A DNA stretch of 64,000 bases from Bacteroidales bacterium (lineage in GTDB: Bacteria; Bacteroidota; Bacteroidia; Bacteroidales; UBA932), in the NCBI GenBank assembly GCA_017616655.1, contig JAFZXU010000058.1, positions 9,088-73,087 on the forward strand. Reading direction: 5' to 3'. Below the pieces are notes generated by a model. The model ran no database searches, was not told the origin of the DNA, and saw only the letters and a list, made by a program, of their open reading frames with translations. Positions 51,062 through 59,525 of this stretch are shown here, in pieces. The stretch's first letter is position 1; the number at the start of each line of letters is the position of its first letter. Both the position numbers and the translations under genes were made by a program.

Positions 51062-52408
51062 CTACAGTACCTTTTCTATAGTTTCCTTTACAGCTGCGGA
51101 ATAAGCGGCCGGCATCTCGGGCGAGAGCGGATAGGGCGCCTTGATATAGACGTGCATCTGCTCTATCTCATATTCGTAGCCCTTGCGATACTCGTATGCG
51201 TGAGCCGAAGGGAGATAGGAATTCTGACCGTTGGTATAGCCCGCAAAGAAGACCGTCCTGTCGGGGAAGGCAGCGCGAGCCTCCTCCTGATACTCGCAGA
51301 AAGGCTCGCCCTGCGTGAAGAAGAAGATCACTCCGTCGATGTTCAAGGCCTCCATGTTGAAGTCCAGTTTGTTGGCCACGGGACCCTTGTCGAAGCGGGA
51401 GAGGATCTCCGCCTCCCAGCCGCGCACATCCTCCGCGAAGCGGGGGAATTCGGTCTTGTAGGCCACCGCGATGGAATCGGCGTGGGCACGCACTGCTTCG
51501 GGTGTCACCTCGTCGATGAGGTAGGGAAGCTGGGCGAGTCCGGTATCGAACTTCAGCAAACCCTTGGACTTGACCTTCTTGAATTCCAGCGCCTTGAGGC
51601 AGTCGGCCAGTTCGGTGCCGATCTCCTCGGCATGACCCACCAGCTGGCATCCGCCCTTGGGATCCATATTGCCGGCAGCGCCTGTGAACTGGAATACCTC
51701 GCATCCCCACTCAGGCTCAATCAGGCCGCGTGCAACTCCCGAATAGTCGGACGAGAGCAACAGGCTCTTATGGCCCATAGCTACGGGATGGCAGGCGATG
51801 TTGAAGAAAGCGCAGACGGGTTTGCCGCGGGAAATGAGCTTTGCAGCATAGAGATCCGGGTCCACGGGACCGGTTTCGCTCTCGCAACGGTTGTAGTTGA
51901 TGGGAGCGGTACCCTTTGCCACCTCGAGGGTGAAGGGAACGAATTCATCGTCGGCGGTTATGTTGGCAACCGCATTGTCGATGATGGCAGCCATCGCGCG
52001 GCGCTTGTATTCGCGGTTGGGGCCACCCGGTTCGACCGAGTAGCCGCCCATGCGGGGAGCGCTGTGGGTATGGATGTTATGCATCAGGATGCGCTCCTTT
52101 GCAAGGCCGCTGCGGATGCTGATGCTGTCGCGGATCTCGCTTGCCAGGTCGGGAGATATCTCCATCAGGTCGTTGGAGATGATACAGACCTTCTGCTTCC
52201 CGTCGGTGACGGTCAGACAGCTGGTTTTCAAAGGAATATGTATGCCGTCAGAGAGGCCCTGGCGCGCCGCGAAACCGGCCAGCACCAAATGCTCGTTCTC
52301 CAGCGCCGAGATGTCGGCGCTGGAGAAGTTGCACTTGAGTTTCGGTCCGCCGCACGAGCAGAGGCATATGGCCAGTGCCGTGCAGGCTATGATATAGAGC
52401 CGTTTCAT
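51062..52408 (-). CDS. neutral/alkaline ceramidase N-terminal-domain-like amidohydrolase lipoprotein
   Basis: Lipobox ICLCSC. ...LAGFAARQG...ISNDLMEI...ILMHNIHTHSAP... matches the metal-binding HxHS region of that fold as I remember it. Confidence 0.6.
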   Translation of the reverse strand: MKRLYIIACTALAICLCSCGGPKLKCNFSSADISALENEHLVLAGFAARQGLSDGIHIPLKTSCLTVTDGKQKVCIISNDLMEISPDLASEIRDSISIRSGLAKERILMHNIHTHSAPRMGGYSVEPGGPNREYKRRAMAAIIDNAVANITADDEFVPFTLEVAKGTAPINYNRCESETGPVDPDLYAAKLISRGKPVCAFFNIACHPVAMGHKSLLLSSDYSGVARGLIEPEWGCEVFQFTGAAGNMDPKGGCQLVGHAEEIGTELADCLKALEFKKVKSKGLLKFDTGLAQLPYLIDEVTPEAVRAHADSIAVAYKTEFPRFAEDVRGWEAEILSRFDKGPVANKLDFNMEALNIDGVIFFFTQGEPFCEYQEEARAAFPDRTVFFAGYTNGQNSYLPSAHAYEYRKGYEYEIEQMHVYIKAPYPLSPEMPAAYSAAVKETIEKVL

Positions 52409-52411
52409 ATA

Positions 52412-54394
52412 TTAATAACCCGGGTTCTGCATAAGCTTGCCCTCGCTCTTGGTAATCTCGTTGCGGGGAATCGGCATCAGGTAGTTGCGGCCGTCCGCAG
52501 GGAAGCACCTCGGGGTAGGATTCTGGTTGAGGATGCAGTCGCCATAGTCGATGGTGTACTCCTTACCCTGCCAGGAATATGTGAAGATATACTGGATAGG
52601 AGTGCCGTAGCGGTCGGTACCCTTACCGTCATGCGCGGCATAGGTATAGGTTTTGCTTGCCGGATTGTTTGCCCAGTAGTAGTTGGTGTTGTTCTTTTCG
52701 GGGTCGTACAGGCGGGCGACACGATAGACGGTATCCATCTTGTTGCCCTTCTTGAGGACCATCGTCTTGGCGCTTGCGAGGCAGACGTTCTCATAGATGT
52801 CGGCGAGCTTCCAGCGACGGAGGTCGAAGTAGCGGAAGGTCTCGGCATAGAGCTCGACCCTGCGCTCGTTGACCAGGCGCTCGAAGAGGAAGTCACCCGA
52901 TTCGGTAACGTCGGGCATCATCACGTCGGGACGATGGCGGATCTTGTTGATGTACTCGCGGCAGATATCCTCGCGGCCGGTGCGGAATGCCGCTTCCGCA
53001 TAGTTGAGGTACATCTCGCCAAGGCGGAACCAGGGATAGAGAAGGGTTCCGGTCTGGGATTCGGAGATGTACGAAGTGGGAATGTACCACTTGTAGAGTT
53101 CAAGTCCGCCGTGGTTGCCGGAAGTGGTATGCTTTGCCTTTGAGGTATAAGCGGGCTCGGTGGCATTGTTGCTCACGAGGAAGTCCTCCCTGGTCATATC
53201 GTCATACTGATAGTAGAGCAGCAGGGGATCCTCGCTGTATGAACCGTTCTTGTCGGTGCTTCCATAAGGATAGAAAGGAGCCGCGATACAGTAGTAGAAA
53301 CGAGGATCGCGGTTAGCGTAAGGATGGTTCTCGTCATAGCCGGAACCCTCTTCGAACCACTTCTTACCGTTTTTCATCTCAAAGTCTATCTGGGCCGCCT
53401 GGGTAGGATGGAATGCCTCCCAGCCGTTGAAATATTCCACCGTGTAGAGCAGCTGGGCCTTCTTGGTGTAGTTGTCGTTCGCGTCCGAAGTGGGGACGAA
53501 GTACTTGGCCCAGATGATTTCGGGAGAATCGATATCCTTCCAGAAGCCGTCGTAGGTATCGTCGAGGCTGTATGCCCCGTCGACTTCAGCGCGGTCGACT
53601 ATAGCCTTGGCTGCATCGTAAGCCCTCTGCCACTTCTCCTGGCTGTAGGCGCCGTGGAAGACATCTCCGGCAGGATGCTCGGGATCGTTGAACAGTTTGG
53701 ATGCGGCGATGAGGGTGAGTCGGCATCTGAGAGCGAGGACGACATCCTTGTTGATACGTCCCTTGACGCAGTCCTTGGCATCGGGAAGCAGGTTGTAAGC
53801 CTTGTCGAGATCATCCAGGATGAAGTCGACGCAGTCGTCGAAGTTGGCACGGTCTACGGTGAAGTCGCCGTCAAGCGCAAAGGGTTTCTTGATGATGGGA
53901 ACGCCGGAATAGCGCTGTATCAGGAGGAAATACGACCATGCCCTGAGGAAATACACCTCGCCGGTAAGACGGTTCTTTCCGGATTCGGTCATCTTGGTTC
54001 CCTTCTCTTCGATGTAAGTGAGGAAGTAGTTCATCCTGTAAATCCACTCATAGGTGCGGTTCCAGATATTGAGGATGGTGGTACGGGTGTTGTGCGCCTG
54101 GCCGCCTTCCTTGATATACATCACGTTGTCGGGATCCATATATCCGGAAGCGATGTAGCGGGTGGACGTACCGCCGTAGCGGAAATAGCCTTCATCAGTG
54201 ATACAACTGACATTTCCCTCCTGATAGGGATCGGGCAGGACTGTATAAAGCGCGTTCACATAGGCTTCTGCAAGGGCGTCGCTGTTGAAGACGGCATCTT
54301 CGCTTAGTTTGTCAAGAGGGGTCTTGTCCAGGAAACCGTCGTTGCAGGATACCAGTGCCAGAACCGAGGCCAGAAGTATATATATCTTTTTCAT
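52412..54394 (-). CDS. susD: SusD/RagB-family outer-membrane nutrient-binding lipoprotein
   Basis: Lipobox LALVSC, TPR-like helical N-half (AYVNALYTVL..., RAWSYFLLIQRY). Directly downstream of susC. Confidence 0.92.
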   Translation of the reverse strand: MKKIYILLASVLALVSCNDGFLDKTPLDKLSEDAVFNSDALAEAYVNALYTVLPDPYQEGNVSCITDEGYFRYGGTSTRYIASGYMDPDNVMYIKEGGQAHNTRTTILNIWNRTYEWIYRMNYFLTYIEEKGTKMTESGKNRLTGEVYFLRAWSYFLLIQRYSGVPIIKKPFALDGDFTVDRANFDDCVDFILDDLDKAYNLLPDAKDCVKGRINKDVVLALRCRLTLIAASKLFNDPEHPAGDVFHGAYSQEKWQRAYDAAKAIVDRAEVDGAYSLDDTYDGFWKDIDSPEIIWAKYFVPTSDANDNYTKKAQLLYTVEYFNGWEAFHPTQAAQIDFEMKNGKKWFEEGSGYDENHPYANRDPRFYYCIAAPFYPYGSTDKNGSYSEDPLLLYYQYDDMTREDFLVSNNATEPAYTSKAKHTTSGNHGGLELYKWYIPTSYISESQTGTLLYPWFRLGEMYLNYAEAAFRTGREDICREYINKIRHRPDVMMPDVTESGDFLFERLVNERRVELYAETFRYFDLRRWKLADIYENVCLASAKTMVLKKGNKMDTVYRVARLYDPEKNNTNYYWANNPASKTYTYAAHDGKGTDRYGTPIQYIFTYSWQGKEYTIDYGDCILNQNPTPRCFPADGRNYLMPIPRNEITKSEGKLMQNPGY

Positions 54395-54400
54395 AATCGC

Positions 54401-57400
54401 TTAGAATGAGAGTTTTAAACCGGTATTGACGATACGCATCTGCGGATAGGTCTGGTAGCCTTCGTCAGAAGTCTCGGGGTCGACATACTTGAGTTCCGAG
54501 AAGGTGAGCAGGTTGTAACCCGCGACATAGAAGCGAAGGCTCTGGATTCCAAGTTTCGGAGCCCATTTCCTGACAGGCAGTGTATAACCGAGCTCAACGT
54601 TCTTGAGCCTGAGGAACGCCGCGTTGCGGGAGTAGTAGTCGGCACGGTTGACGCCGCCGTTGCTGACGGTGGAACCGATCCTCGGATAGTCCGAATCGGT
54701 ATTCTCCCTGTTCCATCCGTAGGTGGCCGCAAACCAGTCGAGGTTACCGGAGACGGGGTCCATCGCGGGAGAGTAGTAGTAACGTGCGAGCGCCTGTCCC
54801 TGGAGCAGGATCGAGAAGTCGAAGTTCTTCCAGGTGAGGTCTCCGTTGATACCGAACACTATCTGGGGAACCACGGTGCGATCCATGCGGTAGCGGTCGA
54901 GGTTGGTGATCGCATTGTCACCGTCAAGGTCTTCGAACCAGAAGTCACCGAGGGTCGCGCCGTTCATCTGCAGGTGATTGGTGAGATCGGCCTCGGTCTT
55001 GTTGATGCCGCCGACCTTGTAGTAGAGGGCCGACCCCATAGGCATACCCTCGAGTTTCATATAGTCGTGTCCTTCCGGCCATGGCGCCTCGTCCATATAC
55101 TCGATACGGTTGCGGGCATACATGAAGTTACCGGTCACGTGGTAAAGCAGTTCGCCGCCGAGGAGCTTGTTTTCGTGCGAAACCTGCAGCTCGACACCAC
55201 GGTTGGTGACGATACCGATATTCTCGTCGGGAAGGTTGTTGGTAAGACCCGTGTAGTAAGGGACGGAAGCGTTGCGGGTGCAGAGGATGTTGTTGCGGCG
55301 GGTGGAGAAGACCTCAAGTTCCCATCCGAACAGGCCGTTGCGGATATTGCCGTCCAAACCGACGTTCCAGGTGCGGGCGACCTCCCAGGTGACGTTAGGG
55401 TTGGGAATGACGCCGGGGATGATGTAGTTGACCTCCTTGCCGTCGAACATGGTCTTGTAGGAGTAGGCGGTGGTGTATCCGTAGGTGGTCATATACTGGA
55501 ACGGGTCGATCTGGTCGTTACCCTGCTCACCGTATGAAGCGCGGATCTTGAGGTTGGTCAGCCAGTCCACGTTGTCCTTGACGAAAGGCTCCTCGGAGAT
55601 ACGCCAACCGATTGATGCTCCCGGGAAGATACCCCAGCGCTTGCCTGCGGGGAAGTTTTCGGAACCGTCGTAACGGATGATGAACTGTGCCAGATACTTG
55701 CTGTTGTAGTCATAACCGAGACGGCTGAAGAAGGAACGGCGGGCCCTCTCACGGGCATAACCGTTGATAGCGAACCAGCTCTTGTCGGCAGTACCTGCGA
55801 AGAACTCGTCGAGGATGTCGGAATCGAACTTGTTGATGCCGGCGGTGAAGTAGTCGAGCCTGTAGGAATTCTGCTCGAAACCGAGGAGAGCGGTGAAGTG
55901 GTGTCCGCCGAAGTCACGGTCGTAGTTGACGTTGACGTTGACTGCAGTATTGGTCGTATGGCGCTGATACTCGTGGAGGGTAGGAGTCGGCCAATAGGAG
56001 TTGGAACGTTCCTCGAAGAGTTCGGTGATCTCGTCGTAGCTGTAATAGCTCCAGTTCTGCTGCCAGTTCTTGTTGAATGTGCTCACCACGTCATAGGAGA
56101 GATGCCCGTTTACGGAAAGGCCCTTGGTAATGGCGCCGAGGTCCCACTCGGCGTTGAAGGTGGTGTTGACCGTATTGATGGTAGTCCGGTCATAACCGGT
56201 GAGGTCCTGGACGAGGACTGCGGGGTTGGTGCCGCCGCGGAGCAGTTTTCCTTCAAGGCCCTGGCTGGCACCGGCACCGTCGGGATAGTAAGCCGCTCCG
56301 GTAGGCCTCATGCGCATCGCGATGTAGAAGATACCATAGGAGTCCGACGGGAACGCCGAGTAGTTCTTGTGCTGCTGGCGGGCATTGATGTCCACGCCGA
56401 GTTTCAGGTTCTCGGTAACCTTGATATCGATGTTCGAGCGGAGGTTGAACTGGTTGTAGTTGGTCGCGCTCTTGTAGTAGATACCGTCCTGGTACTGGCC
56501 GTTGAACTGTACGAAGTAAGCGGCCCTGTCGGAACCTCCATTGATGCTCACGCCATATTTGTGCTGGGCGGAAACGGGCTTGATGATCTCAGCGAACCAG
56601 TCGGTGTTGGGATAGGTGATAGGGTCGTCCTGGTCGATGTAATGCTGGATCTGCGCATCGCTGTAGTTATGAGCCGCACCGGTGATGTCGAGGCTCTTGT
56701 TCCACGCGGTCGTGAAGAGGACAGCGTCGGCCAGCTTGACCAGGCGGGTAGGGCTCTGGAGACCGAGGTCGTAAGTGAAGTTGATCTTGGGGGCTTCCTT
56801 ATACTTGCCTCGTTTGGTGGTCACCAGGATGACACCGTTTGCGGAACGCGCTCCGTAGATGGCCGCAGATGCATCCTTAAGGACGTTAATGGTCTCGATC
56901 TCATCTCCGGTGAGGCGGCTGAATTCCTCGTCACGGCCTTCCACGCCGTCGATGATAATCAGAGGACTGTTGTTTCCCAGGGTGCTTCGGCCGCGGATGA
57001 ACATCACGGCGTCGTCCCTACCGGGCTCTCCCGAACGGTTGTTGACGATGACTCCGGAGAGTCGGCCTGCGAGGCCCTGCGAGAGGTTGACGGAGGAATT
57101 CTTGACCAATTCCGTACCGGAAGTGCTGGTGACGGATCCCGTCAGGGTCAGTTTGCTCTGCGTACCGTAACCGACGACCACAACCTCGTCGATGAGGTCG
57201 ATGTCGTCTTCGAGAATGATGTCCAGCGACGCCTTGTTCCCCGCTGCGACCTCAAGGGTCTTGTATCCTATGCAGGAGATGACCAGAGTGCCGTTGGCCG
57301 GCACCGAGAGAGAATAACGGCCGTCGTTGTTGGTGACGGTTCCCGTAGTGGTGCCCTTGATGACGACACCTGCTCCGATTAGGGGTTCACCCTTTGCAGA

Positions 57401-57499
57401 GGTGATCGTTCCGGACACTTTGCGGCTCTGCGCAGCTGCCGCGAAAGTAACGGCAAGCAGAACCACAAAGGTTGCAAATCGTTTGATAATTAATTTCAT
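54401..57499 (-). CDS. susC: SusC/RagA-family TonB-dependent outer-membrane transporter
   Basis: Carboxypeptidase-regulatory-like N-domain (VSGTITSAKGEPLIGAGVVIKGTTTGTVTNNDGRYSL). Plug motifs VVVGYGTQSK and NVLKDASAAIYGARSANGVILVTTKRG. C-terminal ...GLKLSF. Confidence 0.95.
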   Translation of the reverse strand: MKLIIKRFATFVVLLAVTFAAAAQSRKVSGTITSAKGEPLIGAGVVIKGTTTGTVTNNDGRYSLSVPANGTLVISCIGYKTLEVAAGNKASLDIILEDDIDLIDEVVVVGYGTQSKLTLTGSVTSTSGTELVKNSSVNLSQGLAGRLSGVIVNNRSGEPGRDDAVMFIRGRSTLGNNSPLIIIDGVEGRDEEFSRLTGDEIETINVLKDASAAIYGARSANGVILVTTKRGKYKEAPKINFTYDLGLQSPTRLVKLADAVLFTTAWNKSLDITGAAHNYSDAQIQHYIDQDDPITYPNTDWFAEIIKPVSAQHKYGVSINGGSDRAAYFVQFNGQYQDGIYYKSATNYNQFNLRSNIDIKVTENLKLGVDINARQQHKNYSAFPSDSYGIFYIAMRMRPTGAAYYPDGAGASQGLEGKLLRGGTNPAVLVQDLTGYDRTTINTVNTTFNAEWDLGAITKGLSVNGHLSYDVVSTFNKNWQQNWSYYSYDEITELFEERSNSYWPTPTLHEYQRHTTNTAVNVNVNYDRDFGGHHFTALLGFEQNSYRLDYFTAGINKFDSDILDEFFAGTADKSWFAINGYARERARRSFFSRLGYDYNSKYLAQFIIRYDGSENFPAGKRWGIFPGASIGWRISEEPFVKDNVDWLTNLKIRASYGEQGNDQIDPFQYMTTYGYTTAYSYKTMFDGKEVNYIIPGVIPNPNVTWEVARTWNVGLDGNIRNGLFGWELEVFSTRRNNILCTRNASVPYYTGLTNNLPDENIGIVTNRGVELQVSHENKLLGGELLYHVTGNFMYARNRIEYMDEAPWPEGHDYMKLEGMPMGSALYYKVGGINKTEADLTNHLQMNGATLGDFWFEDLDGDNAITNLDRYRMDRTVVPQIVFGINGDLTWKNFDFSILLQGQALARYYYSPAMDPVSGNLDWFAATYGWNRENTDSDYPRIGSTVSNGGVNRADYYSRNAAFLRLKNVELGYTLPVRKWAPKLGIQSLRFYVAGYNLLTFSELKYVDPETSDEGYQTYPQMRIVNTGLKLSF

Positions 57500-57578
57500 A
57501 GGCTTTTATAGGTTATACTTTCAATTCCATATTTTTCACCGCCCCGGAGCCACCGGAATGCAGTGCACCATTATGCTA

Positions 57579-57665
57579 CAAATATAATATAATAATATTA
57601 TATATGCAATTTCGGAAACAAAAATTTTGAGTTTCGTTCCGTACGCATTTGTTTCGTTTCCGAAA
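57579..57665 (-). promoter_or_regulatory. candidate susC-operon promoter (-7 TATATTTG) with flanking operator-like repeats
   Basis: caaatata at 57579..57586 is TATATTTG on minus. An ATTG sits 20 nt upstream. Odd palindromes TTTCGGAAA (57610..57618) and TTTCCGAAA (57657..57665). Direct repeats GTTTCGTTCCG (57631..57641) and GTTTCGTTTCCG (57651..57662). Confidence 0.4.
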
Positions 57666-57680
57666 CTGCCACAAAAAATA

Positions 57681-57735
57681 TTTGGCGGGTAGGAAAAGTA
57701 TTTCTACCTTTGCAGCCCCAAGAAAAAAGGAGGTG
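57681..57735 (+). promoter_or_regulatory. rpsU promoter (-33 TTTG / -7 TACCTTTG) and strong Shine-Dalgarno AAGGAGGTG
   Basis: TTTG at 57681..57684, a 20-nt spacer, TACCTTTG at 57705..57712. AAGGAGGTG at 57727..57735, 8 nt before the ATG. Confidence 0.6.
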
Positions 57736-57743
57736 TCTGCATA

Positions 57744-57935
57744 ATGATCATAGTACCTGTCAAGGAAGGCGAGAACATAGAGAGAGCTCTCAAGAAGTTC
57801 AAGAGGAAATTCGAGAAGACCGGAACGGTCCGCGAACTCCGCAGCCGCAAGACTTTCGAGAAGCCTTCAGTGAAGAAGCGCGCACAGATGATGAAAGCCA
57901 TCTATGTACAGCACATGCAGCTCAACGAGGAATAG
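57744..57935 (+). CDS. rpsU: 30S ribosomal protein S21 (bS21)
   Basis: MIIVPVKEGENIERALKKFKRKFEKTGTVRELRSRKTFEKPS... is canonical S21. Confidence 0.95.
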   Translation: MIIVPVKEGENIERALKKFKRKFEKTGTVRELRSRKTFEKPSVKKRAQMMKAIYVQHMQLNEE

Positions 57936-57954
57936 TTTTCTTGAAGCGAAAAAG

Positions 57955-57989
57955 AAGAAGCGCCGGCCAGATGGTCGGCGCTTTTTTTT
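57955..57989. terminator. bidirectional intrinsic terminator between rpsU and the RRM protein gene
   Basis: Stem gaagcgccg / cggcgctt around loop gccagatggt, followed by eight T on plus. A/G-rich before it, giving T/C-rich on minus. Confidence 0.75.
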
Positions 57990-57997
57990 CAACAGAG

Positions 57998-58273
57998 CTA
58001 CTCGGCTGGCTGTTCAGCGGGCGCTTCACGTACAGGGCGCTCGTTGCCCACTGCACAATGGATGACACGTCCCATCAGTTCGGTACCATCCAGGGCCTCG
58101 ATAGCGGCATGGCCTTCAGCCTCTTCCATCTCCACGAAACCGTAGCCCTTGGAGCGGCGGGTTTCCTTGTCGATGATGATCCTCGCATTCTGGACCTCGC
58201 CGTACGGTGCGAATACGGAAGCAAGAACCTCCCTCTTCACCCTGTAGCTCAAGCCGTATACGAAAATGTTCAT
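57998..58273 (-). CDS. RRM-domain RNA-binding protein
   Basis: RNP2 IFVYGL and RNP1 KGYGFVEM. The real start is the ATG at 58273 (MNIFVYGLSY...), giving 91 aa. TATATTTG box at 58315..58322 (minus). Confidence 0.88.
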   Translation of the reverse strand: MNIFVYGLSYRVKREVLASVFAPYGEVQNARIIIDKETRRSKGYGFVEMEEAEGHAAIEALDGTELMGRVIHCAVGNERPVREAPAEQPAE

Positions 58274-58388
58274 AATAAAAAGTAGGTAATATAGGATAGT
58301 TGAAAAAAGTACAACAAATATAAGGCTGGTCTTTAAAAAAACAAAATCAATTTTCCCCAAAATATAAAATATCCTAATTATTAGCGCG

Positions 58389-59426
58389 TTACAACCCCGC
58401 AACGATTCTTGTGACTCCGTTCAGCAAAGAGAGCGAGACGGTAAGCAGGTTCACCGTCAGGTCCGACAGCAGCGGCACACGCGCGAAAAGCAGCGAGGCT
58501 GCCAGCAGATAGAGGACTGCGGCGGCCACCGGGACAGCCAGCAGATTAGTTACCAGAAAGTAGCGTGGGAAGGTACCGAAATAGAGATAGGAGAGCGGAG
58601 CCGTCGCCGCCTGGCAGGAGATGGCAACACACACGCACTCCCATACGTAACGCAAAAGCAACGACCTGGTACTTAACAATTTGCGAAGGAACGGAAAGAG
58701 CGTGAAAAGTGACAGGCAGGCGCAGAACGAGAGCTGGAATCCCACTCCGCGGGGAGCCTCCGGATCGGCCAGGCATATCAGGAGCGCAGAGACTGCAAGG
58801 GCGTTGACGCCGTCCCTTCCGGCACGCAGGAGTGAAGAGAGTTCATAGATCGTTATCATCAGCGAAGCCCTCGCTATCGAGGGGCTCAGCCCCGTAATGA
58901 GAGCGAATCCCCAGAGGGCCGCAAGCACCGCAGCGCTCCGGAGGCGGCGCATCGGCAGGCTCCATCCCAGGAAGAAAAGCACGCCGCAGAGAACCTTGTA
59001 TATGATGCCCACGTGGAGTCCGGATAGGGCAAGCAGATGCATCGCCCCGCTGCGACGGTAATCCGCACGCAACTCCCTGGAAATGTCAGACTTATCCCCT
59101 ACCGACAGAGCTCTCAGGACCGCCAGTTCATCCCCTTCCGGCACCATCGTGCCTAGGTAGGTGGAAGCCCTCTCCCGAAGCCTTTTACAACTCAGTGAAA
59201 GTGCCGACTCTGCGGCAGGAGGAGGCATCCTGCCCACCTGCACCGAAGCGGCCCCGAGAAGGAAGAATGCCAGCAGAACCGGCATCATCCGGCGGAAAGC
59301 GGCGGCGGCCGGAGCGGCAATTGCGGCAAGCAGCAGGAAGAGCAGCGGAGGCAGGGTCAGCCACCCGCCGAAAAAATCGCCCGCCAGAAAGGCGAGCGCG
59401 CAGAAGGATATCTCCCTACCTTTCAT
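58389..59426 (-). CDS. comEC: ComEC/Rec2-family membrane protein (short form, no metallo-beta-lactamase domain)
   Basis: Polytopic. Competence-domain signature GDKSDISRELRADYRRSGAMHLLALSGLHVG. Confidence 0.75.
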   Translation of the reverse strand: MKGREISFCALAFLAGDFFGGWLTLPPLLFLLLAAIAAPAAAAFRRMMPVLLAFFLLGAASVQVGRMPPPAAESALSLSCKRLRERASTYLGTMVPEGDELAVLRALSVGDKSDISRELRADYRRSGAMHLLALSGLHVGIIYKVLCGVLFFLGWSLPMRRLRSAAVLAALWGFALITGLSPSIARASLMITIYELSSLLRAGRDGVNALAVSALLICLADPEAPRGVGFQLSFCACLSLFTLFPFLRKLLSTRSLLLRYVWECVCVAISCQAATAPLSYLYFGTFPRYFLVTNLLAVPVAAAVLYLLAASLLFARVPLLSDLTVNLLTVSLSLLNGVTRIVAGL

Positions 59427-59444
59427 CTTTCCTACCTTTCTTCA

Positions 59445-59476
59445 CTTGCGAAGATAGACAATTATTTCTACTTTTG
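59445..59476 (+). promoter_or_regulatory. candidate ackA promoter (-33 CTTG / -7 TACTTTTG)
   Basis: CTTG at 59445..59448, a 20-nt spacer, TACTTTTG at 59469..59476. The box context TATTTCTAC(T/C)TTTGCAG is shared with the rpsU promoter. Confidence 0.45.
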
Positions 59477-59525
59477 CAGGATACATCTGAAATCTTTAAT
59501 TATCTATAAACAACAACTTTCAAAA

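Noticed and set aside
58389-59426. The short (345-aa) ComEC as a truncated pseudogene.
   Set aside because: The frame is intact from a plausible ATG to its stop, with a continuous TM-helix pattern and the competence-domain signature. Without relatives to compare I cannot call it truncated.
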